NCBI GenBank assembly: GCA_965205975.1
Contig: OZ242195.1
Coordinates: forward strand, 2,400,001 to 2,464,000
DNA length: 64,000 nucleotides
Direction: 5' to 3'
DNA from: Candidatus Latescibacterota bacterium
GTDB lineage: Bacteria > Latescibacterota > UBA2968
The position numbers were made by a program, and so were the translations under genes. This document shows, in pieces, positions 30,173 through 38,276 of this stretch. Each line of letters opens with the position of its first letter. Position 1 is the stretch's first letter. The notes under the pieces are model-generated. The model ran no database searches, was not told where the DNA came from, and saw only the letters and a program-made list of their open reading frames with translations.

Positions 30173-31393
30173 ATGGATCGGATTGTTGGACTCGATATTG
30201 GCTCCACTAAGATCTGTGTTGTTGTAGCTGAAGTAGATGATGATGGCACGCTCAAAATCACGGGATTGGGTAGTAGTCCCTCTCAGGGCCTCAAGCGCGG
30301 TGTGGTGATCAATGTGGAAAAGACCGTGCAATCTATCCGCACGGCTATAGAAGAAGCTCAGGAAATGTCGGGGACGCGCATCGGTGCTGTTTATGCGGGC
30401 ATTGCCGGCGATCATATTCGCAGCGTTAATACGCGGGCGGTTGTGGCCGTGTCGGGACCGGACAACGAGATTACGGCCAATGATGAAGAACGCGCAATTG
30501 AAGCAGCCAAAGCGGTTTCTATTCCCATGGATAGGGAAATTGTTCACGTGCTGCCGCAATCTTTTGTCGTTGACGATCAGCCCGGTATTAAAGATCCCAT
30601 TGGCATGTCGGGCGTGAGACTCGAAGTCGATGTACACATCGTAACCGGTGCTGTGACTTCAGCACAGAATATCTGCAAAAGTATCCGACGCGCAGGTGTA
30701 GAAGTGGTGGATCTGGTACTTGAACCCATTGCTTCAAGCTACGCGGTATTGACGCCTGACGAAGAGGAAATGGGCGTGGCATTGGTCGATGTAGGGGGTG
30801 GCACGACCGACCTCGCGGTGTTCTACGACGGTGCTATTCGCCATACAGCCGTTGTGGGATTGGGGGGAACAAATGTGACAAACGATATGGCTATTGGTTT
30901 GCGAACACCCTGGAAACAAGCCGAAGCCATGAAGCGAGAAAGCGGCTGTGCATTACAGTCACTGGTCAGGCCCAACGATATGGTCGATGTGCCGGGTGTT
31001 GCCGGACGACCTTCTCGCGAGGTCTCTCGGGCGAAAATGGCCGCGATTATTGAGGCGCGTATGGAAGAAATTTTTGGACATATAAATCAGGAGATTCGCC
31101 GCACCGAGTATGCCGATCTGCTTGGAGCGGGCATCGTGCTCACAGGTGGAGGTTCAATGCTCCAGGGTTGTGCTGAACTGGCCAAAGAAATTTTTGACTT
31201 GCCCGTGACTATTGGCAAACCCCGGGGGATAACAGGACGGGCCAATGCCGTGAGCGAACCGCTCTATGCCACCGCTGTTGGACTGGTGCAATTTGGTCTG
31301 TTTCACCAAAATCGCGATTTTATATCCGATGACGGCGTTTTTCGCAATTCAATTTTTGGTCGTATGAAAAACTGGGTTCAAAATTTTTTCTAA
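30173..31393 (+). CDS. ftsA: Cell division protein FtsA
   Basis: GLDIGSTKI, DPIGMSGVRLE, DVGGGTTD, VLTGGG, C-terminal amphipathic WVQNFF. Confidence 0.97.
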   Translation: MDRIVGLDIGSTKICVVVAEVDDDGTLKITGLGSSPSQGLKRGVVINVEKTVQSIRTAIEEAQEMSGTRIGAVYAGIAGDHIRSVNTRAVVAVSGPDNEITANDEERAIEAAKAVSIPMDREIVHVLPQSFVVDDQPGIKDPIGMSGVRLEVDVHIVTGAVTSAQNICKSIRRAGVEVVDLVLEPIASSYAVLTPDEEEMGVALVDVGGGTTDLAVFYDGAIRHTAVVGLGGTNVTNDMAIGLRTPWKQAEAMKRESGCALQSLVRPNDMVDVPGVAGRPSREVSRAKMAAIIEARMEEIFGHINQEIRRTEYADLLGAGIVLTGGGSMLQGCAELAKEIFDLPVTIGKPRGITGRANAVSEPLYATAVGLVQFGLFHQNRDFISDDGVFRNSIFGRMKNWVQNFF

Positions 31394-31513
31394 AAAGTTT
31401 CATCTTTACTAATGTTGTGCTCTGCGCCCAACCCCACACTCCCCCGATTGGGGGGTTGGACGAACTGTTAATAGCCTATCATTTTCTACCAGTTGTTCAA
31501 AGAGGGGGTTCTC

Positions 31514-32755
31514 ATGGTTACTTTTTCGATTGTTGACGCCGATAGCCAAGCCAAAATCCGAGTCGTAGGCGTCGGAGGGTCAGGTGGCAATGCAATCAAT
31601 CGCATGATTGAGTCGGGGTTGCAGGGCGTTGAGTTTATCGCCATCAACACCGACGAACAAGATCTCGAACTTTCACAGGCACCTCAGTGCATTCAAATTG
31701 GGCGCGATGCAACAAAAGGGTTGGGCGCAGGTGCCAATCCTGAAATTGGCGCAGAGGCCATTGAAGAAAATCGCGACGAGGTCGCCGAAGCATTGGCCAG
31801 TTCCGATATGGTTTTTGTAACTGCTGGCATGGGAGGCGGCACGGGCACGGGTGCAGCGCCCACCGTCGCCGAAATTGCTCGCGATGCAGGCGCGCTCACT
31901 GTGGGCATTGTGAGTCTGCCTTTTAGAATGGAAGGCATGCCGCGCATGCGCAATGCTCAAGCGGGTATTGATTCCTTGAAAAGAGCTGCGGATACGGTGA
32001 TTATTATTCCCAATCAGCGGCTTTTAGAAATCAGTTCAGAAGATACAACACTGACAGAGGCGTTTCTCATCGCCGATGATATTTTGTTGCAGGCCACGCG
32101 AGGTATTTCCGATTTGATCACCATACCCGGCGAGGTGAATCTCGACTTTAATGACGTGCGTACGGTAATGCAAGCCGGTGGTGATGCGCTGATGGGCACA
32201 GCCGAGGCTTCGGGCGAAGATCGGGCAATTACAGCAGCTGAAAAAGCATTGAATAGCCCATTGCTCGACAATGTATCTGTTGCAGGTGCCCATGGGGTGC
32301 TGGTGAATATTTCGGCCAGCAGTGAACTGAAGCTGTTTGAAATGGATAAAGCTGTGAATCTCATTACCGATGCCGTGGGCCACGAAGCCAATATTATATG
32401 GGGCACGGTGCTCGATGATAACCTCGGGGACGAAATGCGCGTCACAGTTATTGCCACGGGCTTTAATACTGGTTCACCGCCGAAGCCAAATGCGAACATT
32501 TCCTACTCGAAATTCACGCCCGAACCCCCTGTTAGCACAGATATCCCCGCCTTTATACGCAAAATTGAATCTGAGGATACTGGGCCTGCAGATACAGAGG
32601 CAGAAGTCGAGGAAAAAGTCGAGGGAAAACCCGAGAAAACATTCGAGAAAACATTCGAGGAAAAATCCGAGAAAAAATCCAAAATCGACACCATATCCCT
32701 AAACGATCTGCAATATCCCACATTTCTTCGCAGACAAAAGCAGCAAGAAGGGTGA
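31514..32755 (+). CDS. ftsZ: Cell division protein FtsZ
   Basis: GVGGSGGNA, GLGAGANP, GMGGGTGTG, NLDFNDV, C-terminal PTFLRR. Confidence 0.98.
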   Translation: MVTFSIVDADSQAKIRVVGVGGSGGNAINRMIESGLQGVEFIAINTDEQDLELSQAPQCIQIGRDATKGLGAGANPEIGAEAIEENRDEVAEALASSDMVFVTAGMGGGTGTGAAPTVAEIARDAGALTVGIVSLPFRMEGMPRMRNAQAGIDSLKRAADTVIIIPNQRLLEISSEDTTLTEAFLIADDILLQATRGISDLITIPGEVNLDFNDVRTVMQAGGDALMGTAEASGEDRAITAAEKALNSPLLDNVSVAGAHGVLVNISASSELKLFEMDKAVNLITDAVGHEANIIWGTVLDDNLGDEMRVTVIATGFNTGSPPKPNANISYSKFTPEPPVSTDIPAFIRKIESEDTGPADTEAEVEEKVEGKPEKTFEKTFEEKSEKKSKIDTISLNDLQYPTFLRRQKQQEG

Positions 32756-32808
32756 AATAAGACGTGAGACGTAAGACGCAAGATGACGTAAGCTCCCCCT
32801 TGCGTCTC

Positions 32809-33693
32809 ATGCCCCCCCCAAAACAAGCATATATCTACGCAATTTCTGCCGTCTTTCTGTGGTCAACAGCAGCCACGGCATTTAAGTTATCTCTGCGCGT
32901 TTTAGATCCTATCCAACTTTTGTTCTACGCTGTACTTGCGTCGTCCATTGTTCTGGGCCTAATTATAGTGGTTCAAGGCAAATGGTCGGCGATTTTTTTG
33001 TGTACACGACGGCAGTACTTGCAATCCCTCGGATTGGGGTTACTCAATCCGTGTGCCTACTATCTGGTGTTGCTGCGCGCTTACGAACTGCTGCCTGCGC
33101 AGGAAGCACAACCACTGAATTACACCTGGGCAATAGCACTGGCACTATTGTCCATTCCCCTTTTGAAACAGAAATTGACCCTGTGGGATGTGATTGGCGG
33201 GACAGTGAGTTATGCGGGGGTATTTGTGATTTCTACTCGGGGCGATATAATGGGATTTAGATTTTCCAATCCCCTGGGAGTGGGACTGGCTCTTTCCAGC
33301 AGCTTTTTGTGGGCGCTGTACTGGATCTTCAACAAACGGGATACGCGAGACCCGGTTGTGGGAATGTTTTTGAATTTTGTTTTTGCATTGCCCTTTGTGC
33401 TAACAATCTGCATCGTATTTTCAAATATTCAGATCAATATACAGGGGTTATTCGGCGCTATTTATGTCGGATTATTTGAAATGGGCATCACATTTGTCCT
33501 GTGGTTATCGGCGATGAAGCTGACTACTCACACCGCGCGAATCGGGAATTTAATTTTTTTATCCCCATTCTTATCTCTCGTCTTTATCCACTTTTTGGTG
33601 GGAGAAGATATATTTCCTTCCACTTATGTCGGGCTGACGTTGATCATCGCGGGCTTGATTGTACAACAAAGAAAGCCCGAGAGCGTTGCCTGA
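32809..33693 (+). CDS. DMT/EamA family transporter
   Basis: About ten TMs in two halves; WSTAATAFK, AQPLNYTW. Start uncertain (32764 or 32809). Confidence 0.88.
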   Translation: MPPPKQAYIYAISAVFLWSTAATAFKLSLRVLDPIQLLFYAVLASSIVLGLIIVVQGKWSAIFLCTRRQYLQSLGLGLLNPCAYYLVLLRAYELLPAQEAQPLNYTWAIALALLSIPLLKQKLTLWDVIGGTVSYAGVFVISTRGDIMGFRFSNPLGVGLALSSSFLWALYWIFNKRDTRDPVVGMFLNFVFALPFVLTICIVFSNIQINIQGLFGAIYVGLFEMGITFVLWLSAMKLTTHTARIGNLIFLSPFLSLVFIHFLVGEDIFPSTYVGLTLIIAGLIVQQRKPESVA

Positions 33694-33762
33694 ACCGCTT
33701 TACACACCACGCATTTGACATTAGTTTAGTCCGATTCCACAACGATTGATCAAGGAGGGTTT

Positions 33763-35304
33763 ATGTCTCAACGTCCGAATATCCTGATTTTGCACAGTGA
33801 CGAACACAGTTTTCGCTTTTTGTCGGCACGCAGCCGCGAGCGGGGTGGTGAACCCTGTCACACGCCCACCTTGGACGGTTTGATCGCACAAGGCGTCAAT
33901 TTTGACGCGGCCTATTGTCAGATGCCACTGTGTACACCAAGCCGTATTTCGATGCTGACAGGACGGCACGCTCATCGGTGTGGCGCGTGGTCCAATGGGT
34001 CGATTTTAGATCCCGACTTGCCAACTTTTGGCAGTCATTTTCAAGCCAATGGGTATGAAACAGCGGTCGTGGGCAAAACGCATTTGGGCGGATCTTTGCA
34101 ACACGCCGGATTTGGCGCGCGGCCCTATGGCGATTTTGGTGGCCCCTGTTCCCATCAGCCCGACCCATTAAACAAAACAGGAGATGGTTTGCGGACGCGC
34201 ACAGTCGATGCGGGAATCAGCGAGGTACCCGAATCGCTCTTACAAGAAAATATGATTGCGCGCGAGTCGCTTGCGTGGCTGCGCGAACATCGCCATGCCA
34301 ATCCCGACACGCCGTGGCTGGTCTATACGTCATTTAGCCGCCCGCACTTCCCGCTAACTGCGCCGAAGCGGTTTTTCGATCGCTATTATCCCAAAGGGGT
34401 GACCCCTCCCTGGGTGCGCCGCACAGGCGATAGTGCCGACCATCCAATGACAGTGGGCGCAATCAAAGGTTTTCGTACCGAAGAGATTGCCGAAGATGAA
34501 ATGATGAAAGCGCGCGCAGCTTATTTTGCTGCAGTCGATTTTTTGGATGAAATTCTGGGCGATTTTCTGGCCTTACTCGACCGCGATGGATTTTTGGATA
34601 ACACAGTCATTGTATATACATCCGATCACGGAGAACTGGTGGGCGAACACGGGATATGGTGGAAAAATACATGGCACGAAGCCGCCGCCCATGTACCTTT
34701 TATCTTTTCGCTTCCCGAACACCGCAACGGTAGCCTGAACGCGCGAGAAATACGCACACCCGCAAGCCTCGCCGATCTCTTTCCCACACTTTGTGGATTG
34801 GCGGGTCTAAATTGTCCAGATGGAGTAGATGGTGTGGATTTGACAGATGTATTAAAAGGGAAAAGGAGTTCTACTCTCGATGACCGCGCAGGCGTGATTA
34901 CCGAATCGCCAAATCCCCGCTGGGGCAAGGGCACAGAGTTCCGTATGATTCGCTCTAAGCAGTACAAGTATATCGCATTTCGAGATTGTGAAGACCTCGC
35001 CTTCGATATGGAAACCGATCCCGACGAGCAACGCAATTTGCTAAAACATGATCCCGACAATGCCAACTTAAAAGCATTGCGAGAAGCAGTACTGGATGGA
35101 TTTGACTTTGCCGAAGTAGAAGCCCTGCGCGAAAAACAAACCGCTGAATTGCGCGCCAAATATCCAGCGCGGGTTAAAATGCAAACCCCCAATCAAATTC
35201 TGCGGGGCGACGGCAAATTGGTCGAAGTCGATACACCTCTATACGCCCCCAAAGTGATCAGCGATGATCTCGCACGAGACTTTGAAGATTATCCCGGTCA
35301 ATAG
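33763..35304 (+). CDS. Formylglycine-dependent sulfatase (choline-sulfatase-like)
   Basis: RPNILILHSDEH, CTPSRISMLTG, GKTH, PHFP, TSDHGE. Confidence 0.93.
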   Translation: MSQRPNILILHSDEHSFRFLSARSRERGGEPCHTPTLDGLIAQGVNFDAAYCQMPLCTPSRISMLTGRHAHRCGAWSNGSILDPDLPTFGSHFQANGYETAVVGKTHLGGSLQHAGFGARPYGDFGGPCSHQPDPLNKTGDGLRTRTVDAGISEVPESLLQENMIARESLAWLREHRHANPDTPWLVYTSFSRPHFPLTAPKRFFDRYYPKGVTPPWVRRTGDSADHPMTVGAIKGFRTEEIAEDEMMKARAAYFAAVDFLDEILGDFLALLDRDGFLDNTVIVYTSDHGELVGEHGIWWKNTWHEAAAHVPFIFSLPEHRNGSLNAREIRTPASLADLFPTLCGLAGLNCPDGVDGVDLTDVLKGKRSSTLDDRAGVITESPNPRWGKGTEFRMIRSKQYKYIAFRDCEDLAFDMETDPDEQRNLLKHDPDNANLKALREAVLDGFDFAEVEALREKQTAELRAKYPARVKMQTPNQILRGDGKLVEVDTPLYAPKVISDDLARDFEDYPGQ

Positions 35305-35321
35305 AGCGAATAAGTCCGACA

Positions 35322-35360
35322 AAAAAACCAGACGCTACATAGTGTCTGGTTTTTTATTTT
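35322..35360. terminator. Bidirectional intrinsic terminator
   Basis: AAAAAACCAGACGCT-ACAT-AGTGTCTGGTTTTTT between convergent genes. Confidence 0.8.
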
Positions 35361-35383
35361 TACATCATCCATTTTACATTTTT

Positions 35384-36274
35384 TTACGCCATAACAAGCT
35401 CAGATTGAGATTGCCAGAGCACGGTAACCTGCTCGGTAATCGCGCGAATAAGAGATTCTTCAGCGCGTGATTTGTGGTAGGCAAAATTGAGATCGCAAAA
35501 AAAAGATTCTGTTTCCCGTATGGCAATTTGGTCAGACTTTTCTGCAAGACATTTTTCAATGACCGACATGCCAATACCTCCCTTGATCAATTCCAATCGG
35601 GTAGCATCGTCGCTAATAGACATAACCTTATTACACGTAAGTCCACGTTCGGCAAACATATTGTCTGCGATAGCTTGAAACGGACAGTAATAAGGATCGC
35701 ATATCCAGGGCAGAGTTGCCAGAGCCTCCCAGGTCGCACTTTCAATCTGATCAGCCCAGCGCGCGGGACCAGCAATAACGAGTTCGGTCTTCAATAGGCC
35801 GCGCGTTTCAACTGTATCAGATATAGGATCGCCAAAAATATAGCCAACGTCTAAGGTGCGATCTTCCAGCGCTTCTGTGATACGTTGAGTAACCGAAGAA
35901 ATAAATTCGAACGTGACATGTGGATATTTTGCGGTTGTACTTTTAACAAGCCTTGAAATTTGAAGCCATTCGGGCGGGATATTAATTCCAAATCGCACAC
36001 ATCCTGAAGGCTGGTCGCAAAATGCCCGGGCGCTGCGTGTAAAATCTTCTACAGTGCAAAGTGCGTTTTCAGCTTTTTGTTTCAGAAATTCGCCAGCCTG
36101 GGTAAGGCGCATGCCCCTCGGTGTGCGAATAAACAGTTCGACATTGAGTTCTTCCTCAAGTGCTTTGATATGTGCACTGACCGAGGAAGGTGAGATGAAC
36201 AATTTTTGTGCTGCTCGGGTGAGGTTTTGCTCGCTGGCAACCGCGATAAATGTGCGTAAATGATAAAGTTCCAT
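35384..36274 (-). CDS. LysR family transcriptional regulator
   Basis: LRTFIAVA...LTRAAQKLFISPSSVSAHIKALEEELNVELFIRTPRGMRLT. Confidence 0.95.
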   Translation of the reverse strand: MELYHLRTFIAVASEQNLTRAAQKLFISPSSVSAHIKALEEELNVELFIRTPRGMRLTQAGEFLKQKAENALCTVEDFTRSARAFCDQPSGCVRFGINIPPEWLQISRLVKSTTAKYPHVTFEFISSVTQRITEALEDRTLDVGYIFGDPISDTVETRGLLKTELVIAGPARWADQIESATWEALATLPWICDPYYCPFQAIADNMFAERGLTCNKVMSISDDATRLELIKGGIGMSVIEKCLAEKSDQIAIRETESFFCDLNFAYHKSRAEESLIRAITEQVTVLWQSQSELVMA

Positions 36275-36402
36275 TTGTGTTCAGAATTTCTGCATGAAGA
36301 GTTTAGAAAGTGCAAATAGCCGAAAAAATGGATTTTGATTATAATATAAAAATAACACGATATGCGCTTCTTTAATTTTTTACACCTTTCTCGGAGGTTG
36401 CA

Positions 36403-36807
36403 ATGACAGCTTTTTCCCGCGTTTGTGAAACACCACCCGCTTCGCCTGATAAGATACAACAATACTTCTCATATAAGTTGCGATGTGAGACCGATCCGTT
36501 TGATGTGAATGCGGATCTGGAAAATGGGATCGATAGTTTTGAGTTTATTGATGTCCGGGATAAAGAAGCCTATCTCAACGGTCACGCCGCCGGAGCCATT
36601 CACATTGATCACAATGATATGACCGAAGCGCGAATGGCCGAGTTTCCCAAAGACCGCTTGCTCGTGGTGTACTGTTGGGGACCGGGGTGTAACGGCGCGA
36701 CAAAAGCCGCTGTAAAATTGAGTGCCTTAGGATTTTCTGTAAAAGAAATGATCGGCGGGATTACCTATTGGAAAGAGGAAGGATATCCGGTAGTATCAGG
36801 CGTTTAG
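36403..36807 (+). CDS. Rhodanese-like protein
   Basis: IDVR, GHAAGA, YCWGPGCNGA, MIGGITYW; divergent from LysR. Confidence 0.92.
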   Translation: MTAFSRVCETPPASPDKIQQYFSYKLRCETDPFDVNADLENGIDSFEFIDVRDKEAYLNGHAAGAIHIDHNDMTEARMAEFPKDRLLVVYCWGPGCNGATKAAVKLSALGFSVKEMIGGITYWKEEGYPVVSGV

Positions 36808-37502
36808 GGCCTGGCCTGAGCTTGTGTAAGCAAGTGATCAAAGATGTGATCGAAGATCGTATTGGGCATTTTTTCGGGATGAAATTGCACACCGATAATG
36901 CGACCATCTGGCGTTTCGATGCCCTCTATGACTCGATCTTCACTGCGGGCACTTATATTGAGTTCTCCGCCAACCGCCTCGAGCCCTTGCAGGTGAAAGC
37001 TATTGGTCGTACATTCGGTCTCGCCCAGAATAGACGAGAGATGGGAATTGGAATCGAGCGAGACCGCGTGATAAACGGGATCTTCGGTGCGCCCGGGTGA
37101 ATGCGGATCGACATCGCATTGTATTTGAATATCGGCATAGATCGTGCCGCCAAATTGAGCATTGATAAATTGCATGCCATAGCAGATGCCCAAAACGGGC
37201 ATCTGTTTTTTTTGCGCGTAATCAAAAGCGCGAATATCATTTTCATAGCGCGTGGGCGCAACTGCGGGCAGGTCTTTGGGCAACTTGCCAACCAGACCCT
37301 GCGTAATGCCGGGACCGCCTGTAATAATCAAGCCGTTGAGCAGGGCGAACAGCGGCGCGAGCGTTTCCTGTTCCTCTGTCATAGGCAGAATAAGAGGACA
37401 ACCACCCGCGCGTTCTACAGCAATCACATACTCGTGATTTAGCGATTGCTGTTTACTTTTCGAAAGAAAGCTGGTCGTGATACCGATTATCGGACGTGAC
37501 AT
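36804..37502 (-). CDS. Class I glutamine amidotransferase, gamma-glutamyl-GABA hydrolase (peptidase C26) family
   Basis: RPIIGIT, GLIITGG, LGICYGMQ, NSFH, GVQFHPE. Confidence 0.9.
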   Translation of the reverse strand: MSRPIIGITTSFLSKSKQQSLNHEYVIAVERAGGCPLILPMTEEQETLAPLFALLNGLIITGGPGITQGLVGKLPKDLPAVAPTRYENDIRAFDYAQKKQMPVLGICYGMQFINAQFGGTIYADIQIQCDVDPHSPGRTEDPVYHAVSLDSNSHLSSILGETECTTNSFHLQGLEAVGGELNISARSEDRVIEGIETPDGRIIGVQFHPEKMPNTIFDHIFDHLLTQAQARP

Positions 37503-37684
37503 TCTAAAAATTGGTAAAAAAAGGGTGTGAAATTGGCAATGCATTTTTCTACCTTGACGGATGCACAAACATGTAGCATTATTGAATTGAGAACAAGGTC
37601 AAAATGTAATGGAGGAACTGCTGATCTCTGCACGCTCATCGGTGAGTAACAAATAAGTCAATATCAAGGTAGGAGAGTAAAATA

Positions 37685-38251
37685 ATGAATGACAACGTAG
37701 AAGTGCTCAATTCGGTCGGGTTGGACGACATGACCCAAAAAGCGATCAAACTGGTGGCTAACGAGATTGAAGAGAAGATTCGGGGAAACTTGCAAAGGGC
37801 GTTACACGAAGCTGCCGTAAAGGAACTGTCTGAAGTCAAATTTAATGTGCAGATGATTGAGAACAAGATCGCGGAAGTAGGGAAACGCCTATTAGCAGAG
37901 CATAACACTCGAATTGACGAAGTAATTTCCAAGCAAGATGAAGTGGCTACCAAACAACTGAATGACAGTGAGGTGATCAAAAGCACGCTTGCTGAAGTTG
38001 AAAAACATTTGCTATCGGAGTATCGCACTCGGATTGACAAAGTGATTGCCAAACAAGACGAAGTGGTTGCCAAGCATCAGGATGTGCGTGAGTTGATCGA
38101 AAGCACATTTGCAGAAGTTGAGAAACGCTTGCTATCAGAGCAACGCACTCGAATTGACGAAGTGGAAGGGAAGTTAGTAAGAACACAGCAGGCATTATTG
38201 GGGCTGATGGTAGTCACACTATTAGCTACCATCACCGGAATTTTTCTTTAG
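37685..38251 (+). CDS. Hypothetical coiled-coil protein with 40-aa repeats and a C-terminal TM anchor
   Basis: About 2.5 copies of AEVxKxLLxExxTRIDxVIxKQDEV; terminal hydrophobic helix ALLGLMVVTLLATITGIFL. AGGAG SD. Confidence 0.75.
   Translation: MNDNVEVLNSVGLDDMTQKAIKLVANEIEEKIRGNLQRALHEAAVKELSEVKFNVQMIENKIAEVGKRLLAEHNTRIDEVISKQDEVATKQLNDSEVIKSTLAEVEKHLLSEYRTRIDKVIAKQDEVVAKHQDVRELIESTFAEVEKRLLSEQRTRIDEVEGKLVRTQQALLGLMVVTLLATITGIFL
37871..38164 (+). repeat. Degenerate 120-bp tandem coding repeat (~2.5 copies)
   Basis: GCxGAAGT...CACTCGxATTGACxAAGT recurs from 37871, 37991 and 38111. Confidence 0.85.
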
Positions 38252-38276
38252 CAATTTAGGGTTGGGAGATTGAAGG

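Noticed and set aside
32631..32682. 12-bp repeats (GAGAAAACATTC) in ftsZ
   Set aside because: In-frame slippage in the disordered C-terminal linker, which is commonly variable.
37871..38164. CRISPR-like array
   Set aside because: The repeats are in-frame, degenerate, 120 bp long and lack unique spacers; no cas genes are present.
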